Under the pieces are notes generated by a model. It ran no database searches. It worked only from the letters and a program-made list of their open reading frames with translations, and was not told the DNA's origin. A program made the translations under genes and the position numbers. A DNA stretch of 64,000 nt from Phoronis australis (taxonomy: Eukaryota; Animalia; Phoronida): the NCBI GenBank assembly GCA_002633005.1, contig NMRA01000635.1:147007-211006 (forward strand), read 5' to 3'. Numbering within the stretch: position 1 is the stretch's first letter; every line of letters starts with the position of its first letter. Positions 11,840 to 26,149 of the stretch are shown piece after piece.

Positions 11840-12339
11840 CTTAATGACTACAAAATACTTAAGTGAATTGAAAGACGTCTCGTAAATGACACAACATGTC
11901 CCATAAGTGGAGGGCAAGTTATATTGTGAAGTTGGCTATTATTTCTGACCACCAACACTTCAGGAAAAACTGGTATGAAATAATGACGAATAGTATACGT
12001 ATTTAAGGCTATTTCTTGTCATCTTCGGAGTTGATGTACCTGATTACGTAATAAACATGGCAACAGCTTATAATTCAAGCGTCTGTGTTGCAAGAAGACA
12101 CGTGGAGACTTTTGTAACACAACTCACATGTACTGTACTGGTAAATCCAAAGGTTTGCACTCAACATTTTTACAAAATTTGTTATACAACTGTACCTGAC
12201 ATCTCACACTTCACAAGTTACGTCACATAAATGACGACATAATTTAATTCAAGCGCTGACAATAACTGGCTAAAGACTAAGGTTAAAAACTGTTTAACGG
12301 CAATGTTAACTCGGCTTTAAACGTCATAAAGAGAAATCA

Positions 12340-12680
12340 AGGTAGTCCAGCAATTCATCTGGCGCCTTGAACGCTCTGCAGCTTTCCCAGTAGGTGCTAG
12401 GTTCAGGACGAACTTCAGGATGTCATCTTACAGTAGCCAAATCTTGTTTCCTTCGGCCACATAAACAATCCACTGATTTTACTGGACGGCTGCAAGAAGT
12501 TGACTACCACAGGCAAGTCAACATCATCTGTGTCCACGACTTGTCCGAGATATCGGCGACTTTCATATTTAAAAACAAAATCGCCTTGCTTCACTTGTAT
12601 CTTAAATTCTTTGGTCTCAGATAAAACTCTATTGTTTTCTTGTCTTTCCACTTCTTGTACTTCTGTCAGTTCTGACACTG
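12340..12680 (-). pseudogene. Decayed C-terminal domain of a DNA-transposon protein
   Basis: VKQGDFVFKYESRRYLGQVV...VVNFL...LFMWPKE resembles the GDFV..Y.G.V..V.FL..F.WP tail of invertebrate transposases. The surrounding ~11870-13620 has repeated (c)gtaaatga motifs; termini not resolved. Confidence 0.4.
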
Positions 12681-15080
12681 GTGCGAAATACCCGTAACTC
12701 GTTCTCGTTCTCTTCTAAGCCATTCGACACCAAGTTGGCTTTTTTACGGGCTCTGTAGACTATTCCTTCATCCGCTACGACTTGGATTTTGGCATTCCGC
12801 AACGCAAACCAAGGTGACAAACTCTAATTAATAGGTGTTAAATAAGATAAAAAGATGTCATTGTTATTTTTGCAAGGTCAGCTGCATTAAGTTATGTATC
12901 GTCACAGATAATAATTTAATTACTACTTAAAAATGAAATGAATTTGAGTGAAAATAGAACAAATCACTTACGGGACACTGGATGTCATTTTTTACGAGAA
13001 CTTACAACGTCAAGTAAATTCTAATCAAAGTATGTTTCACAGGAAGCATTTCGTCACTTATTTTAGTACGTTAATAACAACCCTAAAACATGAGAATTAT
13101 AAAAGTGAGATTACTGAAGACTTATCAAAAAGTTCTGCTGACTTCTTGAAAATTTGACCAATATTCATGTCACACACGCCTATAGTAGGTGAAATTAATT
13201 GGACTTGACCTAATTATAAAATTGTCGTCCCGTAAATGAAGGCTCGTAAATGATAAACAACCAATTTCAAAAGCCAACATTTTTTCCTAAATGTCCTCCA
13301 AAAACTTTCAAACCTGTGCATTGATTTTGTACATCACCATAGCTTTGTAGAGTTATTTTTATTTCCACATCTTCATTTTAATCAAAGCACTATTGTTGAG
13401 TTTATGCACGTCTCGTAAATGATTCCAAAAAAATTCCACCGCACTTCTTGAAAAGCAGTGCCTCACAGCCACTTTCAGATGAGGCAAAGGTTTAAAAAAT
13501 TAATGCCATCGCCGTTTTTTGTGTATTACAAATTATTGATCACTAAAATGTCTCTTGAAACATTTTTTACAAAAACACGCCAATGAGGTCTTGTAAATGA
13601 TTTGAGATTTGGCCTCACTCAGTAAACATGGTGGTAATTATTTTTTTTGTTTATGAAAAACATTGGCTTTTTCTTAGGAATATGTCTCGCTGAGTTTCTA
13701 AAACGTAGTTATTTGTTTCGATAGGACAAGTTATTATAACAAAAAGGAGCCTGTTTCTACGTTGTCGTTTTTTCAGCTTCAAGCAATTTTATGGAACCCT
13801 ATGTTACATGGTGCATTGTGACACCTACCATGTTAACTGTAGCCGGTCATAAGACACAGCACCCGCATTAGACATATTTTTCTTTGTTTTAAGTCTTTTG
13901 ACGTTGTTTCATGACTTGGGACATTCTCTGTGGTGAGCTGAACATTGGCTTCACCATTGGCGCAATTCATTGAGAATGAATGACTAGGTGGCACAGAATA
14001 GTTTGGCTGTGGCCGCGGTCTAGGGCTAGGCCAGGCTTGGGGGCATTTTTTTAGTTAGGTATTGTGTGTAGGCCAAGTGAATGTGTCTTTTTTGTATTTG
14101 TGAACATGCTGAGAATGAAAAAAGGCCAGTTTCTCGGCTGCAGCTGCACTCTTCTTCAAGATGGTGGCCCCCTGTTGCAGTTGTGCATTGCAGTGTAGCA
14201 ACTGAGAAATTGGCCGCGATTTCAGGTAGCCCTCAAACAAGCCAGATTTGCAAAAAAAAACTAGTGTGTTGACAGTACTTTTGGACCACATTTTTGGTAT
14301 TGGTAGGAAATTTGCTTTCGGAATCTAATGTTGGCTTTAGTCGAGCATCGACAGGAAAGTGGTAATTTTGGGGTGAAAAGTGCCGATTTTGCATTTTTGC
14401 CCTCATTTTTCTTAGTTCAGCTTGGTTTCCACTGGGAGTGAATGGGTTAAAAATACAAAAGAGAATAAAGTGTCTGTGCTCATCTGTAGGGCTTGTGATG
14501 TGAAATGACTCAAAACATTTCCTTATTTGCATGCAGTTTTTGACAAAGTGAAGAAAGGGTGAAGAGTGCATTGACGTGTGTTCAGACAGGCAAACCGCTG
14601 TGAGAACTGTTCTGTGCCTCCCTAGTGGTTTCTAATCGAGTAGTCGCACATGCGCATCACGATTCGTACCAAAGTCGGTCTCTGTTCGTACTGATGTAGA
14701 CCAATTATCTAGTTGTTAATTCGGCGGTACCAGATAATCAAAACTAACACAGCATTTCATCGGTTGTGCTAGTTTAACTTTTTACGACAACGAATTAAAT
14801 TTCAGAAGTCAATTTAACTAGTTCCAAAAATCACCAGTTTATTTCCCCCACTGTTTTCATGCAGCGAAGCCACCGATAATGGCCTACTCCGCAAAGAACC
14901 TCATGAGATTCGCTGATAAACAGTGACGATAGTGGGAATTTTACAAATCGAAGGAGCCTTGACACGCTGAATTTCTGATGTTTTTGTCATCAAAACTAAT
15001 TTAAGTGATAAATCTATAATTACAGTTTCTCGCAAAAAAAATAATTCCAGGCGGTCTGGTAGACGTTGCGCTGGTTACAT

Positions 15081-15135
15081 CATAGATCGAACTCTAGCCT
15101 TGAGCATTCCACTGGACTAGTGTTCTGGGTCTATG
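15081..15135. mobile_element. 55-bp minimal P-element-like MITE
   Basis: CATAGA...TCTATG with ~20-bp imperfect TIRs and a 7-bp duplication GTTACAT (15074-15080, 15136-15142). Confidence 0.65.
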
Positions 15136-18100
15136 GTTACATGAAACATTGAAGTGAAACGCACTGGATTTAACGTGAACAATAAAACTTTCCCATTTCC
15201 AAGAAAAGCTGTAATACACATAATATTCATTCCCAGTATTTTAAGTAAGTAGCAAAGGAAATTGCTTTGCTACCACTTCCGTTAACAACGTTTCAAGATA
15301 AAGTTGATCATTTACAGACAATTGTAAATCTGAATTACTTGTACTATCGACTGTCTGAATGTCGCCAGTCTTGTACTGCTGTTTAAGTACTTTATTGATA
15401 TCCTTGACCGCAAGAATATACTCAGAGATTTTTAACAGAGAATCATTAAACTTCCAAAATTATTTCCCAGTGGCGGATCTACGTTTTCAGTAAGGGGGGG
15501 GTTAGGATTCCCGCAAAGGTCGAATCTGAGGCGCGTGGCGCCGAGCGGTGGGGGGGCGGAGGTCGGGAGGGGGATTTACCCCGTGTAAGACAACTTTTTG
15601 TTTTCGTAGCCAAACAGTGAAATTTCCATGCATTCTGGTACGTTTCTGGCACTTAACATGTCCCAGGAGTTTTTCTTAAGATAATTAAAAACCCTTCTCG
15701 ATTTCGTCACATGAACTTGGCTCATAAGTTTCGTGAAACCATATCGATTTGTGCACATCTGGGTATGAGTCACACCACCAGCAAAAATTTTTATTGGAAC
15801 ATCTGCTTACACACACCTTTTTAGCATACAAAAAAGTGTGGTGTGTATACAGGGGGTTTAGACAACTACCAAACATTGAAGAGCATAAGGAGCACCCACG
15901 GGGCGTAAAAACTTGAATATCAGATGATCGCAACAGCCTCAAGCTGTTTAAGAATGAATACCTGCACTGTTAGTCCTGAAATATACATGTGTTCTGTCTC
16001 GTTACGAGAAAAAAACTGGCGAACGATAGTGCTCTCAGCTCATAGTCTATTATTAAAGCGACAATAAACAATTAAGTATCACTTTATTAAGCTGAATCAC
16101 GTTGACAACAATTGAAAAACGTCAAATGTATCAGGAAACAAATCGTCTGAAAACAGTTTCACGAAATCAAAACACTCTGTAGGCCTACACCGTGGTGAAA
16201 AGATATACAGGAGCAGTTCGTAGAGGGACCAGATGTACATGTACACTGAGAGTACACAAAAACTCTGGCCTGGTCCGTCACGAGACCAAAAGTACACCTG
16301 TGCTTATTATCGCTATAAAAATAGTCGATCTGTAGGGGGACCAAACAGTACTGGTTGAGATAAATAGTTTTACAAAGCACACTTTGGTAAAAAACATCAC
16401 AAGACTAGTTCGCCGAGGGACCAGAAGTACACTGAAACTCGATATCTACACAAATCAAGCTGGCCTGGTCCGTCGTGAGACATAAAGCGTACTTTGCAAA
16501 AAATTTTGAATTGAAACTTCTCTCTAGACACGTTTTAATCCCCAGTGGTTGCTCATACGTGTAGTTTACACATTGGTGGTCAACTGCTGCGAGAGATTGT
16601 CAAGGAAGGGTTTTCGCACCGTTCTGTAGTACTCACTGGAAGAAACAAGTATTGGGTACAGATTTAACTATGCACTACGTGAAATAAGATTTTGGATATG
16701 AAGCAGATAGACTCAAGTAGAAATACAAACCAGAATAAGTTTCTGTGCGCTCGTAGACCCTCTGGTGTACTGGGTAAATTTGGCATGTCTAAAAATAATT
16801 TCTATTTCCTTTTCATTGTACACAAGCATAAAAAACCGACATTATTACAAACTGTGAATAATTATAACTTATTACTTGGGTGTTTCTCCAGGAACGTTGG
16901 TCCTATCTTCCTGCTGCCTAGACTGCCGAGAAATCTGTATACCGGATCCAATGGTTTGCTTGTCTTAGAACCATTCTACCCAGACATCTTCGATGTTTGT
17001 TGTCAACGCTTGCACTTCGTCAACTGTTGTCAATGAGCTTGTCCACCTCTACAATGCAGCATCTCGTTTCGCAGCTCAGTTGCCACAAAGCCCCTGAGGT
17101 TACCAAGTCCATTCAAAAGACTTACAGCATGCACAATTAAATTTGTTCCGTTCATCATACATGGACTGTCTTCAAACCTTGACGATGTATCCCAGGACCC
17201 ATTTGCATCTCTTGCAATTTTCGAAATAAACGTCCCAATGTGTGAACGCTTGAAACCCGAAGTACTAACATCAAAAAATATGCCTATTGGCATGGGCGTT
17301 TCGCCGGGTGGGCCTTTTTGCTGAAATTCCCATTATAGAAAACCTCAGTGGTGCTTATTGCAGGTAGAAAGACGGTAGGTGTTTAGGTCGGCAGTAGGGC
17401 TCCTTAGAAAGCCCATTGAACATCGCACAAGTTCCGCAAGACTTTGTTGTGAAAATACAGCCTCCCCGCAATTTCTAGTACTGTACACTGTTCGCGAATG
17501 CGATCACTTTGTTAATGTGAGTGCCACCTTGGTCATTCCTTGTATAGACATAACTTGTTAGAGTGCCATGATCTTCAAACAGACTCGCGACCAGACCACG
17601 GCGCACGCCATAATAGCAATTGTTCGGAGAACGAGTATTACATGAACATGTACACTATATGATATTGCGCAAGACAACTTTACAATACACCAGTCAAATT
17701 CGAGTTACAAACGTGTGGGGTGTAATAGGATGACACGGCATGACAGATGAGGTAAAAACGTTGCCCGTCAATTCGCCTGAATATCAGGGTTGCGGCACCA
17801 CAGTATTTCCCCTAATCAAATCAAAACATATCTTAGAGTAAAGAAACTAGTAACCTAAAGAAATCAGCTATACAGCTGCTCTTTCAGCGGTGGATCCATC
17901 TAAAATGCTTAGCTACCTCAGAAGTGTCGTCGGAAGCGCGCGCACAATTGATCTCCAGGGTTTTGCCGATGAGCCACGAAGACTCGAATCGCGTTGATTT
18001 TCATAACAGCAATTCACAATGCAAAAAACATATTTTCAGAGTGAACCCCCCTCATTTTTTCCAAGTTGGTTTACTCGGGGTTTACACACGCTGGCGGTGC

Positions 18101-18247
18101 CTTTTTTGTTTTTCTGGAGACGTTTTTTTTTTTTTTTTTTTTTTTTTATTTTTTGGNCCTCTAAGCGGCACTTTAAAAAAACTATCAACATCGAATGATC
18201 GGACCGGTAACCGAATTTTAGTGTGCAGTCGTCAATATCAGCTAAAA

Positions 18248-18516
18248 CATACGCGCACCCATGGGGGCTCGGGGGGCTCGAATGAGCCTCGCCCCCCATT
18301 TGGCAAAGTGGGTGAAAAAGGTCCGCCTCAGAGCTACAAAAAGTCCGAGAAAACGAAACAAAAGTCCAATAAAAAAGCGTAGACGCACAGTTCACAGACC
18401 TTAAGGTAGTACCCCGTTTTTTCGTTTTTTTTTTAATCCTTCCCCTTTTTTGTTAGCAAAATGTCCACTTTGACAGAAATTAGAGCCCTCCATATTAAAA
18501 GCTGGGTGGGCGCATG
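18248..18516. mobile_element. MITE with 5-bp TSD TAAAA
   Basis: CATACGCGCACCCA...TGGGTGGGCGCATG; TAAAA at 18243-18247 and 18517-18521. Confidence 0.75.
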
Positions 18517-20125
18517 TAAAAGGTTTACAGAAATTAGAAAATAATCCAGATAATCCAGTCTGCACTGTTTACTTCCAGCTCCCCCTAGTGTATTCTTTAC
18601 TATTGGGGATTAGCTCCCGCCAAATATCAGCAATAGACAATTCTGAACAAATGTCAATCACCTTATTCCGCTACATCGGGTTGCTAACCTGTCCAAAACT
18701 AAGCGTGTCCTTAGACTCATTCAGACCAAGACTCATCTGCCCACAACAAAGTAATTTTCTGCATCTTGTATATCTTGTTTTATTTAAAAAAAGACATAGA
18801 GTCTCTCTTTGGACATTAAATATTGAGGAAAGTTATACGTGTCTCATTAATAGTAATATGCAAAATTAGTTTACCTTTGTCGTCTTGCCTAACGTTATGT
18901 GAGCTAAATAAGTTGTTGTGAAAGTGTTTCGCAAAGGTAATATTGTGCCCGGCGATTACATGATTAAGGGAGACTTAGGCGCATGTGTATATATCCGAAG
19001 CACTTGAGTAAATTTAATATTTCATTTGAAAAAATCTCTTGTTATTTCGTATAAAGTCGCATACGAGTATATTTCTCAGATATTTAATTCCGTTATACTC
19101 TAAAAATTGTATAAGTTAACAAACGTATAATCTCTTTCCCTCACACTCCGCCCACAAAACGTCTCAATATTGCTGTTTCCTTAACTGTGAACTACATTTG
19201 AACCATGAGCTGGCGAAACAGGAAATAATTAAATTCTCTATCACATAAATTCTCTGGCTGAAGAACATATCTCTTGAGTCCATGATCACGTCGGAGCGAA
19301 GTGTTTCCTTGGATACGAGAATGTTATGTTGACGAGTACTTATCTACTGTACCTACAAAGCTCCATCTGAGTCACTTATTCATCAATCAAATCTTGGATT
19401 GGTTTCTTATAATACTGAAACAATTCAATGAATGCGGCACCATTTCTAAAAACTGTGTTTTTAGATGAATGTGAAATATTATCACCATAACATATTATAT
19501 ATAGATTATTACATGTTCTCAGTCGTTATTCCCCTTATCTAGAGCCCTCGTGGATTTTGTAGAATTATCACCCTCGGGGCGTCAGAAGCCCAGGGTCAGA
19601 GGTCGTGACCTTTTAAGAAAAGCCGAGATATTTTTGTAAAATAATACTTTTACTCAAAACCAATTGAAAAATAAAACAAAATAGAAGTAAAGTAAATATA
19701 TAAATTAAGGTTTAGCAACTGTTATAGCTTACTACACATTTTATCACGCTAAGCTTCGACCGGGAATATATATTCTGCTAAAGTAGGTTATCACTAGTAA
19801 CTGACTATAATTCTCAAGTCAAAGAATCCCGACCACACGACACGTGCATTCAAATTGGAGATCGGTGATTTACAAGTGAGAGAACACGAGAGAGAAATTT
19901 TACTGGATTAAAATATCGTTTTTATGGAAATTATGCGTCTTATTTTTCATAGCGTATAATTGACCTATCGCCAAGATTATGACAGACGGCTTAATTGACC
20001 AATCAGAACGCAGCATTCTTGGCACACCTTCGTCTGCGTTTCCAAGCCTCCATTTTACCCGACAAACCATACGTAGTCGAGTAAAACTTACTTTAGTCTA
20101 TAGCTCAAGAAATTGTCCGCTAAGA

Positions 20126-20340
20126 ATGGGTAAACGGTGTTGATATGGCGTGCGTAGCACCGACAGCCGTTATGCTGCTCCAGAATAATATCCCGTCATT
20201 TTTTGGCATGTCCTAAGCCAAAAAATGATGTTGAAAAGCGTAAACTATGGATCAAACTGTACCGGCCACACGAGCAGCTGAACTTAGCGATGTTGCTTGA
20301 TAACTCGAAGGCTATAATAAACACAAATATAATAGTTCCA
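20126..20340 (+). pseudogene. Decayed THAP-domain fragment (transposon-derived)
   Basis: MGKRC*YGV...DSRY, then a frameshift into PKPKNDVEKRKLWIKL.RPHEQLN, resembling a THAP N-terminus. Confidence 0.55.
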
Positions 20341-20660
20341 AGATACGAACTTTTCAGCTTGGTGGCTATGGTGCAGGGCTATCTTAGATTTTGACTACCA
20401 AATTTGCTACGTCTGGCCGCCTTTGTCTCGGCACCTGCTGGATCTCAGCACTGTAGCGGTAATCCCCGGAAATTATTGTTTTCGAGGACATTTTTATTTT
20501 ACGTTTTTTTATTTATTTCAACCTAATGGACATTATTTTGTTTCGTATCAGAGGTACATTTTTGTAATTCATAAACCGTAAGCTGGCGTTCAACTGAACT
20601 TCTCGTCCGGTCCGAAAATTCAGAGATTCGATCGGCACAGGGAAGGGCACTGGATTACTG

Positions 20661-21440
20661 CCAAGTTAAAGAGCATGTGTTTTTGTCTTCAAGGCTTTCA
20701 TCAGACATGATGAATATGTACTGTACTAACTTTCGCAGATGTGCTCCAAAAATTGTAGATTTTGCAAGCGATTTTGGTTTGAATATGTAGTAAAATTTGT
20801 GCGAATTTCATTATTGGCCTAAGTCGTGCTAGTTTTTTAGCTCTCAAAGGTAATCAAGTTAAGGAACATATGGTTTTGTCTCCAAGACTTTCATTAGACA
20901 TGATGACTATAATGTACTGTACCAACTTTCGCTGATGTGCTAAAGAAATTGTAGATTTTGCAAGCGATATTGGCTTGAGTATGTAGTAAAATTTGTGCGA
21001 ATTTCATTATTGGCCCCAGTCTTGATAGCTTTTTGCTTTTCACAGTTAACCAGTTAAAGAGCATGTGTTTTTGTCTCCAAGACTTTCATTAGACATGATG
21101 AATATGTACTGTACCAACTTTTGCAAATGTGCTCCAAAAATTGTAGATTTTGCAAGGGATATTAGGTTGAATATGTAGCAAAATTTGTGCGAATTTCATA
21201 ATTGGTCTCAGTCATGTTAGCTTTTTGCTTCTCACAGTTAACCAAGTTAAAGAGCATGTGTTTTGTCTCCAAGAGTTAGACATTATGAATTTGTACTGTA
21301 CCAACTTTCGTAGATGAGCTCTAAAAATTGAAGGTTTTGAATGCGATTTTGGTCTAAGTTTGTACAAAAATGTTTACGAATTCTAGCTGTGGCTCCATTC
21401 ATGCTAGGTTTTTGGCTTTCATATTTTATCAAGTTCTAGA
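20661..21440. repeat. ~194-bp tandem repeat x4
   Basis: Units start ccaagttaaagagcatgtgttttt at ~20661, 20854, 21049 and 21242. Confidence 0.9.
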
Positions 21441-23615
21441 ACACCTGTTTTCTTGTAAAATATTTACTGACTTCTCAATAAATGAAAACTTGTCTGAGCA
21501 TGTTTCACCGCTAACCAATAAACTTATAGGTCATAAAAATTTTTGATTGGGATTCTTTGGCGATTCAAGTTAACCTCCACACAGAAAATTGAGGTTGTAA
21601 TAATTCTTCAACTTCAATTATGTCACACAACATTTCCAGGTAAGGTCCATTTCGTTTATGGGCCTACAAAGAATTCCGGGCTGTAGAAAAATCAGTTATT
21701 TTTACAATGCACTGAGATAATTCCTTGAAGGACATGTTTAAACTGGATTGGTAACCCGAAAATAAGTGGGAAACATTAAATATTAAGCCAAAATCGATGG
21801 AATATCACTAATTTAGGGGTCTGTAATAGTGCAGTGCTTAAATAGACACTCACACACACACCCGTATATACGTAAAGAGTAGGCCCCTGTGCCTTCGTTG
21901 TATCAAAAAAAAACAAGCGTCAGTTCCAGTCTTTCTGGTGCCAGCCAGAATAAAATCGCATTTCGAGTACGTTGAATTATTTTCAGTTTGACATTTTTGC
22001 GATTTTTCAAAAACGTTTAATTAAAAATAGGGTACTGTATTCTCAAGTTTTGCTAAAGATACCAAGGCCTTCAATTTCTTTGGTCAAGAAATAATTTTCT
22101 TGGACATTTTTAATTTTTGCGAATTGTCAAGACATTTTTGATAGGCCTACGAATTGAAAACTGTTTGTTATATGGTTTGATGTGCACCTTATTTCAATTC
22201 ACGCAGGATACTCGTTCGTCTTGTTCCCGCATGAAGTAAGTAATTCGGGGCGATATAAGTGATAGGATGTCCCACCCTCGACCCATGTCCTTCTCCTTGA
22301 GTCGTCTATTTTTTCCCTGGTATGGGCACTCCGTTCCTCCCGGGTGGAACCCTATTTTTGTTGTTGACACCGATTTTGCGCCAATAACCCCCCCCGCCCC
22401 TCCAACCTCCGAGAGTACTCTAGTATTAAAGTGACGGGGTGTGCCGCCCGAAAATCAAAATATCCCACCCTTCTGTAGAGATTTGCCAGTAGAAAAGATA
22501 ACATCCTTATGTAGAGAAAACCCATAAAAACGTCACTCTTCGGAACAGAAATTCCTTAAAAATATTCAACTTTCGTCCAAAAATATCATAGAATATTCAC
22601 CTTTTGCGATCCTGCCGATGACACTGGTAAACGGAACGGAAACAGACGCACTGTTCACGGCGAAAAAAGATCGCATCCTGCAGGTGATGGCATTCTGACA
22701 GGCACAAATTTACTCCCGGTGTCTACAAACGAACAATCTCTTCCGTACAATTACGGTATCATCGTACAAGTCTTTGAATGCCGGCAAATTTCGACGTAGG
22801 TGCGCAAACCCGTCGAGTTAATTGTCAAGATTTACAACAAGATATAATGAATGGATTCTTACAATTATGCTTCTATTAATGTTCATCCTTAATTTACCGG
22901 GGAATTAATTTGTGTAAATTTAGAGAATCATACTGGTGTGGGTTGTTCATGTATTTGCCCAAATGATCGGTTGCCTTTTGTTTTTCATTTCCTTTTTCTG
23001 TTCTATCTCACTAGAGTTTGTAATCTTAGTCAGTTATAGGCACTATTACTATTGCTAACAATTCCAAACTTGTGTGAAAAGTTTATTAACTATAATAGCC
23101 TGGAGATAATTTTTCAGTAGTGTTTTAACATAGTATTTAAACAAAACTTAATGGTGTATAGGTGGTCTTTTGGCAGCTCTCTGGATACATCAAGGTTTCT
23201 TAACCCGTAACTTTATACTTATTAATTTGTTTTTTAAATAGTAACCCAATAATCACTGGAATATTTCTAGTCTACGCGTAACAATAATTGAATTTAGGTT
23301 TTTATTATCTTGAAAATTGTAGACTGGATTTGTTTTCACCTTGTGTTACCTGCCCTAGTCTTCACTACATCTGGTTGTAAGCCCCTCTGTCATGTCGTAC
23401 ACGTATTCCTTCTTTGCGTCACCCTTGCCCTGCTGTGTATCATTTTTCGTTTTGTTCTGGTTAATTATTATTCTTTGTTATAACCATCAGTTAATCTCAT
23501 GTTATTGTCACTATCACTTTTGTTTCTTGTAACTTGTTATATCTGTGGATGTTCGTCATGGGTATTATACTTACAGGCTCGAGTCGTTATGCATTATCTG
23601 TATAGGTGAAAGTGG

Positions 23616-23792
23616 TTGCGAAAGAGCTGGTATTGGATAACTACTTTCATAGCAATCTACGGGGTTCGTGTTTTGTGCCCAATGGAGTTCCATTTTGAAG
23701 TCTACTTCGTATTGCCAAGATATGATATTCCGTGCTTTGGTGATGTTGAATCGAATCCTGGTCCCTTGGCACCCAATGGTGTGCTCTGTAGC
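23616..23792 (+). pseudogene. 2A-like (GDVESNPGP) peptide remnant, probably the 5' end of a non-LTR retrotransposon ORF
   Basis: ...FEVYFVLPRYDIPCFGDVESNPGP with the motif at 23739-23765; cut off 27 bp later by the solo LTR. Confidence 0.55.
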
Positions 23793-24698
23793 TGTCAAAA
23801 TATGGTCTGACAGTATTTTTAGTTGTATTGTTTTGTTTTGCTATTCTGTTCGATTGGCATGACCCCTGAGTTAAGTACAGTGATGATGTAATTTGTTTAC
23901 TACAAAATAGTGTGGAACTATCTAGAAGACTGAGGTCAGAACAGTGATGATGTAATTTGTTTACTACAAAATAGTGTGGAGCTTTCTAGAAGACTGAGGT
24001 CAGAACAGTGATGATGTAATTTGTTTACTACAAAATAGTGTGGAGCTTTCTAGAAGACTGAGGTCAGAACAGTGATGATGTAATTTGTTTACTACAGTAT
24101 AGTGTGGAACTTTCTAGAAGACTCTAGCATGACAGTGATTAATGCAGTCTGGAATATTCTAGAGACTAGTACATGTTTGTAGAATGATTGGGTAGGTTCC
24201 AGAAAGTTCTGGTATGTGCTTGAATTGATGAAAAGTTCCAGAACAATGCATTAGGCTATAAATACACAAGCACGGGTTTGTGTTAGGAGATTAGATCGAG
24301 TTGAGTTAAAGATTAAGTCAGTTGAGTCCAAGAAGATCAAGTCGAGAGATCAAGTGAGTTCAAGTAAGTTAATCAGGAGAACTACAGTTGAGTTGCAGAA
24401 TCAGCAGTTACAGCGATAGTCAATAGAGAGCCAGCTATAGAGACAGCAGGTTATTGAATCGAGTGTAACAGTTGCTGGAAGTATCTCAGAAGTTCAATAC
24501 AAGTCAAGGCTTCGCAGCACTGGCTGGAGCATAAACAGACATTACGTCGGACGTTTTGTTTGAGTAGGCTTGTGAACGTACGGTCGGGATTAATAAAGGA
24601 TTAACTCGAACCAGTCTTCAGTCAATCTTCGCACCGAAAGCTATTAGCACCGGTCTGTAACAACCTGCGCCCACCCACACACGGGGAAAAACGTGACA
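23793..24698 (+). mobile_element. Solo LTR (906 bp) with internal 64-bp repeats
   Basis: TGTCA...TGACA termini; flanks GTAGC/ATAGC (5-bp TSD with one mismatch); TATAAATA at 24257 and AATAAA at 24592; 64-bp repeats start at 23877, 23941, 24005 and 24069. Confidence 0.8.
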
Positions 24699-26149
24699 AT
24701 AGCTTATTCACTAACATAAACAGTGTGAAGTGTAATAACTTTTGCACGATTTTATCTTAAAAATTTTTGTCCGTACTAATAATTATAAAATGGTCGCCAT
24801 TTGTGAAGCAGAGTACTTGCGGCCTGATCAAGTTAAATATGATTGTGATTCCTGAATACTCCATTGCATGCGTGTCGCACCAATGAAGGCCTAGGTCTTC
24901 TTGCTTGTATACAAAATTCTATTGGTTTTGAGATATCGTATGATAAAATCAATCATGAATTATGTAATTGCTGGGTTAAACTTCAAGTTAATCACAGACC
25001 ATTCTTGTACGGCATTTTCTATAGGTCACCGTCTCAGCTTTGATGAAAGTGTAACGGGAATCGGTGAAGCGACCAGCACCGATCTACTTAGTATCTAAAA
25101 TGTCGACTGTTCGTAGCCGATATAAATATTTGCAGCGTTGTGTACTTTTTCACTCGTTCGAATCGCATACGAGAGAACCATGGTGACAACTTATATAGAG
25201 TGAAACAAGAGGGAAGTATAGTTTATTATGCGCTAAATATAAAATACAAATCTACAAACTTACAACACATCATTAGCTTCCGTCGTCATTGTGCCCTCAC
25301 ACTGTGCCCTCACATTGTGTCCTCATTTAGCTTGGAACGGCTCCCAAATCGCATAAGTCAGTACCAACAGTCGAGTAATGAAAAATTTGTAAGCTAAAGT
25401 AAAACCTAAAAAGTTGAGACTCTAACCGGATAGTAATGAGGCCCGATAGAGTTAAAAAGTGGAGATTCTACTTTGCCCAGTGACTTTCCAAATATGAATA
25501 GTAGGTGTCACCTTCCAGTAAAGTCAAAAGACACTGTAAGACAAGCAAAAACATTGATGTCCGCACACAACTGGGTATGCTAATCCACTAGAAAATTACA
25601 CAGAGAATTATTTAAATGAGATTCCATCTACTTTTGGATGCCAAAAAATCAAACTTCAAACTAAAATAAAAACAAAATCAAGAGACTTTAAATACCCCAT
25701 GTGAGCTTACGGCAGGACCAAATACAACCGTGAAAAACTAGTGGAAGGGCAAATTCAGTTTACTTCAAAACTTGAAACACATCAAAATAAAGAAAACGAG
25801 ATTCATCCCTGAAGTACATGCATGTCTGAACAAAATGGGCATTAGTGCACATGCGACGTATTCAGCCAAGTGTGTCTAATGCGGAGGTCAGCGAACTGGT
25901 GGGGGAGTGCACATGTGACACAAATTCAGTTGAGTATGTCTACTGAGGTCACTAGACAACTGGTGTAGGTTTCAATCTGGCCTTCAACTACATTCGGCTA
26001 AAAATAAAACCGATCAAAGACAATACTGTATATAATCAGAATAGCTGTCAAACTGAGGCCCGGTGGGAGCTAACACTGTCATTATTAAAAACATGAAAAT
26101 GAAATGTCGAACTGACATTACATTGGGGCTAGAACAGAAGCACCAACTT

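Noticed and set aside
14430-14450. piggyBac-like terminus (TTAA-CCCATTCACTCCCAGTGG on the minus strand)
   Set aside because: No matching opposite terminus found, so the element cannot be delimited.
16860-17600. Coding-like minus-strand region including ORF 17030-17293
   Set aside because: It has multiple stops and frameshifts and no family motif I can name; possibly a decayed transposon ORF, which needs tBLASTx.
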